IMG/VR virus record: IMGVR_UViG_3300034082_004192
Location: 1 to 64,000 of that record
Source of the DNA: an uncultured virus (IMG/VR IMGVR_UViG_3300034082_004192)
Lineage: Duplodnaviria; Heunggongvirae; Uroviricota; Caudoviricetes
DNA length: 64,000 nt
Reading direction: 5' to 3' (one strand)
The notes beneath the pieces are model-generated. The model worked only from the letters and a program-made list of their open reading frames with translations, was not told the DNA's origin and made no database searches. This document shows positions 19,996 through 29,700 of this stretch, one piece after another (within the stretch, counting starts at the first letter, position 1; each line of letters starts with the position of its first letter). Both the position numbers and the translations under genes were made by a program.

Positions 19996-20709
19996 TTAGT
20001 CTTTTAAGGCTCTTTTGAGTCTTTGATATGGAGAAACTGTATCTACAGCTTTTACCATAAATTCGTCAGCAAGACCAAAATCAACATAATTCCCGCCTAT
20101 AAATTTATCACTGGATGAAGTTGCATTTGTCAAATCAACTTCAGCAGTTCCCTTCTTCATGGATACAACATATTTATTTTTAGAAGCTGTTTTAATTTGA
20201 GCTTCTTGAGATTGTGCTAAAAGAACATTGTTAAGAAGTGTTTCTTCAATAAAAGGCTTTAAAGATGCATGAAGATTTCCTCTTCCAGTTCTACTTTCTT
20301 TAGCAGCTTCAGTAATTCTTAACCAAAATCCAAGCCCTTTTTCGTCAGTTTTTACAATTGAATGAGGACCAGTGCAAAGTCTCTTGACAAATTCCTTCGC
20401 AGATAATTTGGTCAAAGATCTTTCAATAATAGGAGCGCAGTCAGAATATCTTGTTGGGACTACAGCAACTTCGATAGCAGTATTTTGTGCAACTTCTTCA
20501 GCACTATCAAATAATTTAGAAGCTACTCTGTTTGCAATGTCTAAATCAAAATTATCAGCTGCAAGTAATTCTACAACTTCGGACTTTTCAAAACCTTGAT
20601 TTTTGTATTTTTGAGCTTGACTATTGGCAACAACGAAAACACCATCATTATGTGACTTTAATTCATTGCGCCAGTTGTAAATCATGTCATTTGTGTTATT
20701 TTCAGACAC
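19996..20709 (-). CDS. Hypothetical protein
   Basis: 237 aa, GTG start with SD AAGGGAG; RVASK and KTASK motifs. Confidence 0.6.
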   Translation of the reverse strand: MSENNTNDMIYNWRNELKSHNDGVFVVANSQAQKYKNQGFEKSEVVELLAADNFDLDIANRVASKLFDSAEEVAQNTAIEVAVVPTRYSDCAPIIERSLTKLSAKEFVKRLCTGPHSIVKTDEKGLGFWLRITEAAKESRTGRGNLHASLKPFIEETLLNNVLLAQSQEAQIKTASKNKYVVSMKKGTAEVDLTNATSSSDKFIGGNYVDFGLADEFMVKAVDTVSPYQRLKRALKD

Positions 20710-20849
20710 TTATCTTATCTCCCTTAGATTTTTTTGATCCCCACCAACAAAAGGACTTAAATAAATAAACCTCTAGACGTGCTTGAAAAGTCGTAGAGGT
20801 TTTTGTGGAACATATTAGTATAATACGAGAATTTCAAAAATATATTCCA

Positions 20850-20875
20850 AAGGTTAAATTAGTACATTTGTAAAA
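20850..20875 (+). promoter_or_regulatory. Putative late promoter AAGG-N18-AAAA, 10 nt before ATG
   Basis: AAGG ttaaattagtacatttgt AAAA. Confidence 0.5.
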
Positions 20876-20885
20876 TAAAAAATAT

Positions 20886-23597
20886 ATGTGGTACTCAAAA
20901 ATTATCGAATCTGCAACAGCCTGGGACGTTTTATCTACTAAAGAAGTTTTGTGGGCTGGCTCTTTCTCTAGAACTTTCAAAGATTTTTCATTTTACGATC
21001 CAAATGAAAACCCTACTATGACTGCTATGCTCAAGTTTATAGGAGATATAGAAAAGGGCAGAACTGGTGATTCAATTATTGATAAATATCTTGAGAAAGC
21101 GAAAAATGACGGCAGTACTTTGTCTGACATTTCAATTTTTTCTTATAATTTATCAAAATTTATTGATAATGAAATGAAAAAACAAGGAAGTTCTGCTAAT
21201 ACAGATATGATGAAAGTATTAGACTTTCTTGGCAAACTCAATGAATATATAAAATCAAGAGGCGGAAATGGCATAGAACTTGGTGATAGAATTCCAGATA
21301 TTGACAAAGTAAAATCATCTGTCAATAGCACTCTTGGTATGGGATTTACCACATTAAATTTACTCTTGAAAAAAGGCACGAGTATGAATGAGGCACTAGC
21401 TATGTTTATCATTCGTGGAGATGATGTTAACTTACTAGGATATCCTCTTTCTCAACAAAGAAACTTGCTTGTTTATCAACTTCTTGAAGCCAGACCAGAA
21501 TTAGAATATTTTCAAAATCAAGAAAATGTTGTAAATTTAATTAGACGTGGAGAGGGAAAATTCTATTTTCCAAACATCAAAGAATACATTTTTTCAGGTA
21601 TTACCGAAAGCAAAATTTTAGAAATTGTTTTTGAGTTATTATTGAAAGATTTTGATCAAGTAGATGTTGCAAGTATGCTTCACTATCTTCCAAACAAAAC
21701 TCAAATTAACGTAGCTGTAAAAATCGATGAATACCCACAGTACGATAGATTTTGCCAAAATATAGCAGAAAAGTTATACTCAAGTATCGGTGAGTATGAT
21801 TTTGATCAAGATGTTTTATTAATAAGAAAACTTAAATCTTTCAAAAAATTTATGGATCTTATTGATAGTAAAGGTGATCAATGCTCTCCTTTATTTATAA
21901 TCAAGGGAATTGCAAAACCACAAGTTATTATAAATTATTTAGATAAAAATCCAGAAGATTATGAAAAATTTGATGTTAATTTATTAGACAGCCTTGGCAG
22001 TGAAATTAAAAACCAAATTCAACAAAAAGGCAAAGCTGCAAAAGCCAGAATTCAATCTGATGGTTTTGCTCTTTTAGAAAAAGCACAACAAGAAGGAGTT
22101 ATAAAAATAATTAAAGCTTCTGACACTGCTTTTAATTATGCTTACGGAAAAGGACCAAAAAGAGACCCAGCACCACAAGGTATGTCTGAAAGCGAACAAA
22201 GACAAAAAGAAAAGTCTGATGAAATATTTTCAAAGTTCCAACAGTCATATGAAGATCGTATGCAACAAGAAGCTCCATTTGCTGGCGTAAGTACTGAAGA
22301 TATAAGTAAATATGCTGATCAAATGGTGATTGTAGAATTTAGCACTTATAGCTTAAAGAATTTTATGCGAGAAAATAATGTGCCTAAATTAAAAATAGGT
22401 CCTGTAGATTTTACTGATGAGAAATGGGGTGGATTATTTGTACCTAAATTTCCAACAAAAGATATGGGTCCACGTCCAGCAATTATTATCAAAACAGATA
22501 TATGGTCTCAATTAGCTTTTCATAGAAAATTAGCTGAAAATATTGGAATGGATGCTAATCATTATCTTGAAGCCACTAAAAGACACGAAGTAGCTCACGC
22601 ATTACAGTATCTTCAATCTGGAGATTTGATGATGGAAGATTCTGTAGCTTTAAATCCAGAATTGACTCCTGAAGAAGCTTACATATCTGATCCTTCTGAA
22701 CTATATGCAAGAATTCACGGAGATATACCTTATCTGGCTAGAATCTTTGATGCTCATATTGGAAAATTGATGGCAGATCCAAAAATCTATCAAGCTGCCA
22801 AAGAACAATGGATTCTAGATATCCAGGATGAAATGATTCACTTGATGTCAGGTGGAACAAATGCTAAAAGATTACTTGAAGATATGGAGACTGGTAGATT
22901 TGGAACTTACACCTCATCTACAGGACAAACAATTACATTAACTGATCCTCTTGAAGTAATTAATAAAAAATTACAGCGTCAAAGAAACAGATTGGAAATG
23001 ATTTTTCACGAGACTTTTCAAATTCAAGGAAGACGTGATTATAGAAGAGGGTTGATTGGTAAGAAAAATCAATTAGCTCAACAAATTGAATCTACCCCTA
23101 TTTATTCTTCTGAAAGAACCAAACTCGAAAAAGAATTAAAAGAAGTTGAAACAAATTTAGTTGAATCAGGGAGAATGCTTATCTTTGATGTGAAAGATGT
23201 ATCTGAGGCTGTAGTTGAGGGATATTTAGCAGATTACTATAGCAAAATTGCGAAAGCTGTAGCAGATGGCTTACTTACAACAGATACAATTAATCCTCAA
23301 GGCGAAGATCAAAGAGTAGAAAATCAGCAATTACGTGAAGAAGCTAAAAAACAAGAACCACCAACAGCACAAGACATTAAACAACACGCAAGATTTCAAA
23401 TTCAACAAACAGAGCCTATCCCGAGTGGCAGAAAGATTGACGTTATTATTCCAAGATATAAAGGTACTGGAAGACCACCTGGCAATTTTCCAGGCTTTGA
23501 TGATGCAGAAAAAGATGATCAACAAGTTGATATTACTATAGAAAGAAAAGAAGACAAAATTGCTAGCGTTTTCAATTACAGAAAATTAATCAAATAA
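20886..23597 (+). CDS. Large protein with zincin-like metallopeptidase domain
   Basis: HEVAHALQY followed by YISDPSELYAR; MWYSK leader. Confidence 0.7.
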   Translation: MWYSKIIESATAWDVLSTKEVLWAGSFSRTFKDFSFYDPNENPTMTAMLKFIGDIEKGRTGDSIIDKYLEKAKNDGSTLSDISIFSYNLSKFIDNEMKKQGSSANTDMMKVLDFLGKLNEYIKSRGGNGIELGDRIPDIDKVKSSVNSTLGMGFTTLNLLLKKGTSMNEALAMFIIRGDDVNLLGYPLSQQRNLLVYQLLEARPELEYFQNQENVVNLIRRGEGKFYFPNIKEYIFSGITESKILEIVFELLLKDFDQVDVASMLHYLPNKTQINVAVKIDEYPQYDRFCQNIAEKLYSSIGEYDFDQDVLLIRKLKSFKKFMDLIDSKGDQCSPLFIIKGIAKPQVIINYLDKNPEDYEKFDVNLLDSLGSEIKNQIQQKGKAAKARIQSDGFALLEKAQQEGVIKIIKASDTAFNYAYGKGPKRDPAPQGMSESEQRQKEKSDEIFSKFQQSYEDRMQQEAPFAGVSTEDISKYADQMVIVEFSTYSLKNFMRENNVPKLKIGPVDFTDEKWGGLFVPKFPTKDMGPRPAIIIKTDIWSQLAFHRKLAENIGMDANHYLEATKRHEVAHALQYLQSGDLMMEDSVALNPELTPEEAYISDPSELYARIHGDIPYLARIFDAHIGKLMADPKIYQAAKEQWILDIQDEMIHLMSGGTNAKRLLEDMETGRFGTYTSSTGQTITLTDPLEVINKKLQRQRNRLEMIFHETFQIQGRRDYRRGLIGKKNQLAQQIESTPIYSSERTKLEKELKEVETNLVESGRMLIFDVKDVSEAVVEGYLADYYSKIAKAVADGLLTTDTINPQGEDQRVENQQLREEAKKQEPPTAQDIKQHARFQIQQTEPIPSGRKIDVIIPRYKGTGRPPGNFPGFDDAEKDDQQVDITIERKEDKIASVFNYRKLIK

Positions 23598-24152
23598 GAA
23601 ATCTTCACCAAGAATTAGTTTCATTTGTTCAAGGGCTTTTGATAATCTTTTTGAAAAAGCCCCTTGAGTAATACCTAGAGTTTCAGCACATTCTTTTTGA
23701 TCTAATCCATCGAAGAAATAGACTTGGATTACTTCCTTGCTTTTTTCACTCAATTGATCCATAGCTTGATGTATACAAATTACATTGTCAATCTTATTAA
23801 ATGGATCTTCATATTCTTCAGGAAAATAATCATCATCTGAAATTTCTTCTTTTGGGAAATATTTATCAGCGGTATATCTGAATAAATTTATGTCTATTCT
23901 TGTTGATAAGAAATAAGAAAAATAAGATAACTTTGGATCATATTGGTCGATTAATTTCTTGAGAACAAATATAGAATCACTTAAAATATCTTCTCTATGC
24001 GAAGAAAGCCGAGATTCTTTTTGAACAATTCTTTTAACTGATGAAATAAAGAGAGGTTTATAGAATTCATATAATTCAAAAAGTGCTTCTTCATTTCCAG
24101 CTTTGTATTTATGTAAAAGCTGGTTGATCTCATCGTAATTATTCTCGGCCAT
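23586..24152 (-). CDS. Sigma-70 family RNA polymerase sigma factor (regions 2 and 4)
   Basis: KAGNEEALFEL..YKPL, YDPKLSYFSYF, LSEKSKEVI..YFFDGLDQKECAETLGITQGAFSKR. Confidence 0.88.
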   Translation of the reverse strand: MAENNYDEINQLLHKYKAGNEEALFELYEFYKPLFISSVKRIVQKESRLSSHREDILSDSIFVLKKLIDQYDPKLSYFSYFLSTRIDINLFRYTADKYFPKEEISDDDYFPEEYEDPFNKIDNVICIHQAMDQLSEKSKEVIQVYFFDGLDQKECAETLGITQGAFSKRLSKALEQMKLILGEDFLFD

Positions 24153-24159
24153 ACAGAGA

Positions 24160-25161
24160 TTATACAGAGGTGAGTTTTGAAATTAGAATGGGAACTGAAT
24201 GATTGACTGAACCATTTGAGCGTAAATCAATAATACTATCAACAAGCAAAGTAATCATTTTCGAGTATTGCGCTGGGCTGTACATATTATCTTTGCTCGA
24301 TTGGATACGAATTCTTATGGGATTTTGAACTTTCACTGTGAAAGTAGGCTCTTTGTATTCATCACTTAAATACTTGCCCAGCAAATCCCGTAATTCAACT
24401 TTTTCTTGAACTTCAGTAAAGTGGTGATATTTCTTATTAGTCTCTGATATAACAAGCATAAAGTTTAATTGACTTAATAAGACAAGTAAGAATCCTTGCT
24501 CTCCCATAGAATCAATAAGAAGATCTATTTTTGTCAAGCAATAATCCAAATTCTTATTCATCAGTTGTTCGATAAATTCGAATATGTCGCATTCTTCATT
24601 GAAAGACGCATTTTGGATGTCACGCAGAAATATTTTGTCTGTGTAAGAAATTATCTTTTCTAATTCCTTGAAAAGAATATCAATGTCATAGCAGATAATT
24701 TCTTTCTTACTGCCTGATTGCTTAGACTTGATACGCAATACAGGGCAGACCTCAACAAGATGATTCAAAGTCTCACCATTGATGTTTGCGTTGTTTTTTA
24801 ACACATAATTATTTATATGACGTTTGAGTGCATTGAAATCTCCGACAAGTGGATAACTACAATCAAAAATCAAGTTATTCTTCTTGGCTTTTGCTATAAG
24901 AGACAATCTTCCATCAAAACTATCATCTTCATACAAAATGACGTGATTGCTGCCTAATTTCTCACTCTTTTCTTGAATAAGCTTGATATCTTCATTAGAA
25001 ATATTTGTATGAATATATACATTTTTATTATCAAAGAATTTAGAATAATTATTAATTATCTTTTCAACATTGTTATCAATAAGAAGAATAAGACCAGGGA
25101 ATTCTTCCTTGATCTTATTCAATGCTAGAGTTGTTGATCCGTAATAAATTCTTGGAAACAT
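24160..25161 (-). CDS. holA: DNA polymerase III delta subunit-like
   Basis: 333 aa, DGR, ELEKIISY, DIFEFIEQL; adjacent to the clamp gene. Confidence 0.65.
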   Translation of the reverse strand: MFPRIYYGSTTLALNKIKEEFPGLILLIDNNVEKIINNYSKFFDNKNVYIHTNISNEDIKLIQEKSEKLGSNHVILYEDDSFDGRLSLIAKAKKNNLIFDCSYPLVGDFNALKRHINNYVLKNNANINGETLNHLVEVCPVLRIKSKQSGSKKEIICYDIDILFKELEKIISYTDKIFLRDIQNASFNEECDIFEFIEQLMNKNLDYCLTKIDLLIDSMGEQGFLLVLLSQLNFMLVISETNKKYHHFTEVQEKVELRDLLGKYLSDEYKEPTFTVKVQNPIRIRIQSSKDNMYSPAQYSKMITLLVDSIIDLRSNGSVNHSVPILISKLTSV

Positions 25162-25162
25162 A

Positions 25163-26260
25163 TTAATCCATTGGGAAAAGAATGTGCTTAAAGTTTTCAG
25201 CTTCGAGCATCAATAAAATAAAATCATTATGCTTTATAAAATTAAGTTTTAATTTCTTGCTATCGAGCAAATCCAAAACTCTTATCAAATGAGAAGAAAC
25301 ATAAGATACAGATAAAATTTCATAATTTTCAACTTCAATGGTATCTACAACAGCATTTTTTTCATTACTTGTTGCTGATATCACGATCTTGTTGATGTCA
25401 AGAGTTAAGTTTATCATATGAGAATTTGTAATATTGGATACAAACTTAACACTCTTTACCAATGCATCTTTTTCTAAATCGAGTGAAAGAAAAAATTGAT
25501 CACTGAAAAATTGATTGAAGTTTGAAAAGATCTTCTCGTAAGTATTTTTCTCAAGATTGCAAGATAATTCTCCACCATTCCAGGTCAAATAAATTTTGCT
25601 ATTATAAAGAGAGAAAACGATGCCAGGTATTTTTTCAATATAATAAAGAACTACATCTGAAATTGTTTTGGAAATCAGATAAGATTGTTGTAATTCATAT
25701 TTTTTACCAAACACGCTAATTCTATGCTTGTCTGAAGATTGAGTGTTTATTTTTCCATCTTCTATAAACCAAAGAATAGAAGTGTAAGGATGTTCATCAA
25801 AATCAGGTGCGCAAGAAAATGAAGTCATTTTTATACTGTGAACAAAATCATCTGCTGTAATATCTAGCGTTTCTAAATCTTGAGAAAAACTAACAATAAA
25901 ATTATCAACAGGAACGGTAGCCAAAGATACTCTAGTTTTCTTGTTTCCAAAGATGAGTAAATTGTCGGCAGGGCTATAAATAAATTGAACTTCTTCTGTT
26001 GGAAAGTTATTTAAAGCATTGAAAAAAGAAGACACGTCTAAGCCAAATGTTCCATCTTCTGTAGGTTGAACATTTGTAAGTAAAAACTTTGAACAACAGA
26101 AATTGTTTTCTGTCTGTACGTAAAGCTTCCCATCAATTGAATGAAAAATAAGACTACTTGATGCAGCTTTATTTTCACGCATAGATAGCTTCGATTTTTC
26201 GATTTTATTAAGTAAGGCAAAACAAACGAGATGTTCTGCCTTATTCAACTTAAATTTCAA
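25163..26260 (-). CDS. dnaN: DNA polymerase III beta sliding clamp
   Basis: TTG start overlapping the purA TGA gives 365 aa (MKFKLNK); SDKHRIS corresponds to TDGHRLA; ends LFPM. Confidence 0.8.
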   Translation of the reverse strand: MKFKLNKAEHLVCFALLNKIEKSKLSMRENKAASSSLIFHSIDGKLYVQTENNFCCSKFLLTNVQPTEDGTFGLDVSSFFNALNNFPTEEVQFIYSPADNLLIFGNKKTRVSLATVPVDNFIVSFSQDLETLDITADDFVHSIKMTSFSCAPDFDEHPYTSILWFIEDGKINTQSSDKHRISVFGKKYELQQSYLISKTISDVVLYYIEKIPGIVFSLYNSKIYLTWNGGELSCNLEKNTYEKIFSNFNQFFSDQFFLSLDLEKDALVKSVKFVSNITNSHMINLTLDINKIVISATSNEKNAVVDTIEVENYEILSVSYVSSHLIRVLDLLDSKKLKLNFIKHNDFILLMLEAENFKHILFPMD

Positions 26261-27252
26261 TGCAGTTGTCCTTGAAATTGGATAAATACACCAGGAAGAA
26301 CCATTCCAACTTCTTTCCAAATATTAGAAACAAATGTATCTTCATTTGCACAAGAAATCAACATATTATTTTCGTAATAATTCCAAGCGCTGTCAACTTG
26401 TCGAAGAACATCCATTTTGTTGATAATAAGCTTTGTAACACCATTCATTTGACAAGCAGTTATGACTTCTTGGATATTTAGCCAGTCGATTTGTCTTGGT
26501 CGTCCGGTTGTGGCTCCATACTCTTGACCAATTTCTCTGAGTTGTTCAAATCGCTCGTCATCTTTTTGGTATCCTTTAGCTCCAACATAGGTAGAATAAC
26601 ACTTGATAACCCCGACAACATCCCGTACTTGCTTATAATTGAAACCATTGTTTAATACTGCTCCTACTCCAGTGTTTGATGAAGTGACATAAGGATAATC
26701 ACCAAAGTCAATATCAAGCCAATATCCTTGAGCACCTTCAGCTAAAAATTTCTTGGGTGAAGAATGAATAAGGCTGTGCATATCAACAAGATATGGTGCC
26801 AATTCTGGAACATCTTTAGCACGAAGACCTGTGCGACCAACTTTGTCTTTATAACAAGGGCCATTTCCAGTGCGAGTTGTTCCAATAGTTGTATCTTTGG
26901 AATCTTCGTCAATATGTTCTTGGGTAATTATGTGTGCGTTTTCTGCAATCTTTAAAAGCGATGTATTGAATCCAAGTCCTTCAAGATACGCAAGTTCGTC
27001 AAATAATTTTTGCGTATTGATAACACAACCATTACCAATGACACTAGGAATGCCATGCAGAACGCCACAAGGAACAAGATGCGTAACAATTTTCTCTCCA
27101 TTGATGTAAATTGTATGACCAGCATTTCCTCCACCGTTAAAACGGACAACGTAGTCATATTCACCTGATGCAGCCATTTGATTGGCTATTTTGCCCTTGC
27201 CTTCATCACCATACTGCATACCGATAACTACATCAACAATTGAAGTTTCCAT
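26257..27252 (-). CDS. purA: Adenylosuccinate synthetase (short type)
   Basis: GMQYGDEGKGK, GGGNAGHT, EGAQG, YPYVTSS, EYGATTGRPR. Confidence 0.95.
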   Translation of the reverse strand: METSIVDVVIGMQYGDEGKGKIANQMAASGEYDYVVRFNGGGNAGHTIYINGEKIVTHLVPCGVLHGIPSVIGNGCVINTQKLFDELAYLEGLGFNTSLLKIAENAHIITQEHIDEDSKDTTIGTTRTGNGPCYKDKVGRTGLRAKDVPELAPYLVDMHSLIHSSPKKFLAEGAQGYWLDIDFGDYPYVTSSNTGVGAVLNNGFNYKQVRDVVGVIKCYSTYVGAKGYQKDDERFEQLREIGQEYGATTGRPRQIDWLNIQEVITACQMNGVTKLIINKMDVLRQVDSAWNYYENNMLISCANEDTFVSNIWKEVGMVLPGVFIQFQGQLH

Positions 27253-27258
27253 ATGCAC

Positions 27259-27287
27259 ATTCTACTTCATTGTAGAGATGCAAGCAA
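27259..27287 (-). promoter_or_regulatory. Sigma70-type promoter, leaderless purA
   Basis: TTGCTT-N17-TAGAAT-N6-ATG. Confidence 0.65.
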
Positions 27288-27288
27288 G

Positions 27289-27912
27289 TTATAATTCTAT
27301 GTCTTTTTCTTCGTCAAAAAACTCTCTATCATCAATACCATTTACAACAACATCAACGTGTGTATCTGGGAATTTTTGTCGAACTTTTTCCATTGCTTCT
27401 TCTTTGCTGTAATCTTCAAGGGTCAAATTTGAAGTGAAAACTACATCGTGAGAAATTTCTTCGGCATCTTCTTCCTCACCATATAAATTTTCTAATCCAG
27501 GGATAGAAAGCTGATCTGTTAAGAGTTTGCCCTCTTTGTCAGAACCTTTTGATAATGATTTTAATGATAAAGGATCTAAAAAGAAAAATTTCCATACTCC
27601 ACTTTCAGGAAATAAAATAATTTGAGGATAAATTGCAAAATGTCTTCTTGTTCCTTTGGATCTTTCAACAAGTTGTTCCATAGGATCTTTTGATGGATCT
27701 ACAGTGAACTTTTCATCTCCAAGAACCTCTACAATATCTCTGCCTTGTTTTCTTGCTTTAGTTAATGCAAAATCAGAATATGTCTCTGGATTTCTATACA
27801 CAGTATCAAAGTCTAAATCTGATTGATCTATTGCAACTTTGGTAAATTTGTCAGCAAGTTTGAAGCATCCTAAATTGTCTAGGATAGAAGCAGTGCGAAG
27901 AAAATTTATCAT
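27289..27912 (-). CDS. Hypothetical protein with LDxxG...AD.F.KVA leader
   Basis: MINFLRTASILDNLGCFKLADKFTKVA; ATGA-coupled to the sigH-like gene. Confidence 0.6.
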   Translation of the reverse strand: MINFLRTASILDNLGCFKLADKFTKVAIDQSDLDFDTVYRNPETYSDFALTKARKQGRDIVEVLGDEKFTVDPSKDPMEQLVERSKGTRRHFAIYPQIILFPESGVWKFFFLDPLSLKSLSKGSDKEGKLLTDQLSIPGLENLYGEEEDAEEISHDVVFTSNLTLEDYSKEEAMEKVRQKFPDTHVDVVVNGIDDREFFDEEKDIEL

Positions 27913-28616
27913 AACTTACTTTTTGGCACTTTATGAGTAGCATCCTTCTTCTCATCATCTTTGAATTGAGTATAAACTTCAGATGCTTTTTTTCTAATTC
28001 TTGTAAGTGCATTGTCAACACATTTGGCTGGAACACTTAGTGTTTGTGAAATTTCTTTATATGAAGAATTGTGGCCATACTCAACAAATATATCTGCCTC
28101 TAATGGCGTAAGCTTGTCCATCAATAGTTCTGAGTTTAATTCTAGTTCTTCTCTAACAATAAGATCTTCTACTAAATTTACTTCTGGAGATTCATCATAA
28201 GGATTTTTCTTATCAGGGATATAGTCTCCCAAAGAATGGAAATTACCATCGTCATTTAAAATAAAAGGAGCGTCAAGCGAAATAGAATCATTCAAAGCTG
28301 AATTCTTCATTCTTTTCGCTGACGCTATAGCTGTTGCAAGATGTCTTTTACAAACTAAATTTACGCAAAAGTTCTTAAATGTTGTATCTTTAGTACAATC
28401 GTAGGAATTTACCGCTTTAAATACACCTAATCTCAATTCTTGCATTACATCTTCTCTGTCTCCACCGACTATGAAAAAGTGTGGTGCAATCTTTTTGAGA
28501 TCTGGTTCTACCATCTTGAGCAGTTTTTTAAAGGCTGCTTCATTACCTGCTTTTGCTCTATTGACTATTCTTACTATTCTGAAATCTTCGGTTGCCATCA
28601 AAACTCCCGAAGGCAT
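27909..28616 (-). CDS. sigH: SigH (Spo0H)-like sigma factor
   Basis: FFIVGGDREDVMQE, FKAVNSY, KNSALNDSISLD, SYKEIS, KCVDNALTRIRKK. Confidence 0.88.
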   Translation of the reverse strand: MPSGVLMATEDFRIVRIVNRAKAGNEAAFKKLLKMVEPDLKKIAPHFFIVGGDREDVMQELRLGVFKAVNSYDCTKDTTFKNFCVNLVCKRHLATAIASAKRMKNSALNDSISLDAPFILNDDGNFHSLGDYIPDKKNPYDESPEVNLVEDLIVREELELNSELLMDKLTPLEADIFVEYGHNSSYKEISQTLSVPAKCVDNALTRIRKKASEVYTQFKDDEKKDATHKVPKSKL

Positions 28617-28638
28617 AATTCATTATAAAAACTTCTTT

Positions 28639-29700
28639 TTACGCCTTTTCCCTATTTGCGTACTTTTCTATAATTTTGAGGATACCTGTAGTTGCAACAA
28701 TATCCTCAGAGACAGTTTGCCTTATATCTTTTGAAATGTTATACAATTGTTCTGCGATATCTATAAGCAACAAAGTATCAACAGACTTGGCTATTTCTTC
28801 TATATCAGGGACTCTTTCACCCTTTTTTGTCTTTATTACAACATATCTGAATGCTGTTATGAAGATTTGAGATGTTTCAAGTAATAAATTACCTAAGTTT
28901 CTTCCCTCTGCATTGGAAGCTTGAATTATTCTAAAAGCATTGGCAAAATCTTCATTGATAACACAAAAAGAAAGATCAATTGCTAATTGTTTTGGTGATC
29001 TATCAAGCAACTCTCTAATGTTTTCTTCTGATATATCACTCATAGAAGCTTGTTCAAGAATAGAAAGAGCAGTTCTAGCACTTCCTTCAGCATCAGTTGC
29101 AATAAGATTCAAGGCTTCTTCGTCATAAACAAGATTTTCTTTCTCACAAACTTCTTCTAATAATTGAACAAGATTTTGCTTGGTCAATTTCTTCATAAGA
29201 AAAGTCTGACAACGAGTATGTATTGCACGAAGAATTTTATGTGGGTCAGTTGTGCAAAAGAAAAACTTTACATACGCTGGTGGTTCTTCAGTAAGCTTAA
29301 TTAGAGATGTTTGCGCTTGAGTGGTAAGCATTTGAGCTTCATCAAGAATAAAAATCTTGTACTTACCCAAAGTTGGAGCAAGACGAGATAGTTGAACTAC
29401 ATTTTCTCGAATATGATCAACACCATTATTTACAGCGCAATTAATTTCATAAACATCAGGATGCTCATCACTCAACACCATATCCTTCAAATCATCTTGA
29501 TCGTCATTACAAAGAAGATGAGCTGAAGCAACACGGGCAAGAGTTGTCTTACCAGTGCCAGGAGGACCAGCTAAGATGTAAGCATGAGTAGTCCTTTTAT
29601 TCTGAATCTGTGTTTCAAGAATTTCAGCAGATTTACTACCCTTGATATCCTTAAATGTTCTAGGGCGATATTTATTGTAATAGCTTTGACTAATCATCAT
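28639..29700 (-). CDS. dnaX: DNA polymerase III gamma/tau clamp loader ATPase
   Basis: KYRPRTF, GPPGTGKTT, ILDEAQML, EEPP, TRCQ. Confidence 0.93.
   Translation of the reverse strand: MMISQSYYNKYRPRTFKDIKGSKSAEILETQIQNKRTTHAYILAGPPGTGKTTLARVASAHLLCNDDQDDLKDMVLSDEHPDVYEINCAVNNGVDHIRENVVQLSRLAPTLGKYKIFILDEAQMLTTQAQTSLIKLTEEPPAYVKFFFCTTDPHKILRAIHTRCQTFLMKKLTKQNLVQLLEEVCEKENLVYDEEALNLIATDAEGSARTALSILEQASMSDISEENIRELLDRSPKQLAIDLSFCVINEDFANAFRIIQASNAEGRNLGNLLLETSQIFITAFRYVVIKTKKGERVPDIEEIAKSVDTLLLIDIAEQLYNISKDIRQTVSEDIVATTGILKIIEKYANREKA

Noticed and set aside
26261..26320. Tracked N-terminal extension of the clamp
   Set aside because: Overlaps purA; the TTG at 26260 gives a typical clamp length and start
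26257..27252. PurZ (2-aminoadenine DNA pathway)
   Set aside because: The motif is GDEGKG with the PurA Asp, not the Ser typical of PurZ; no DatZ/MazZ-like gene recognised nearby
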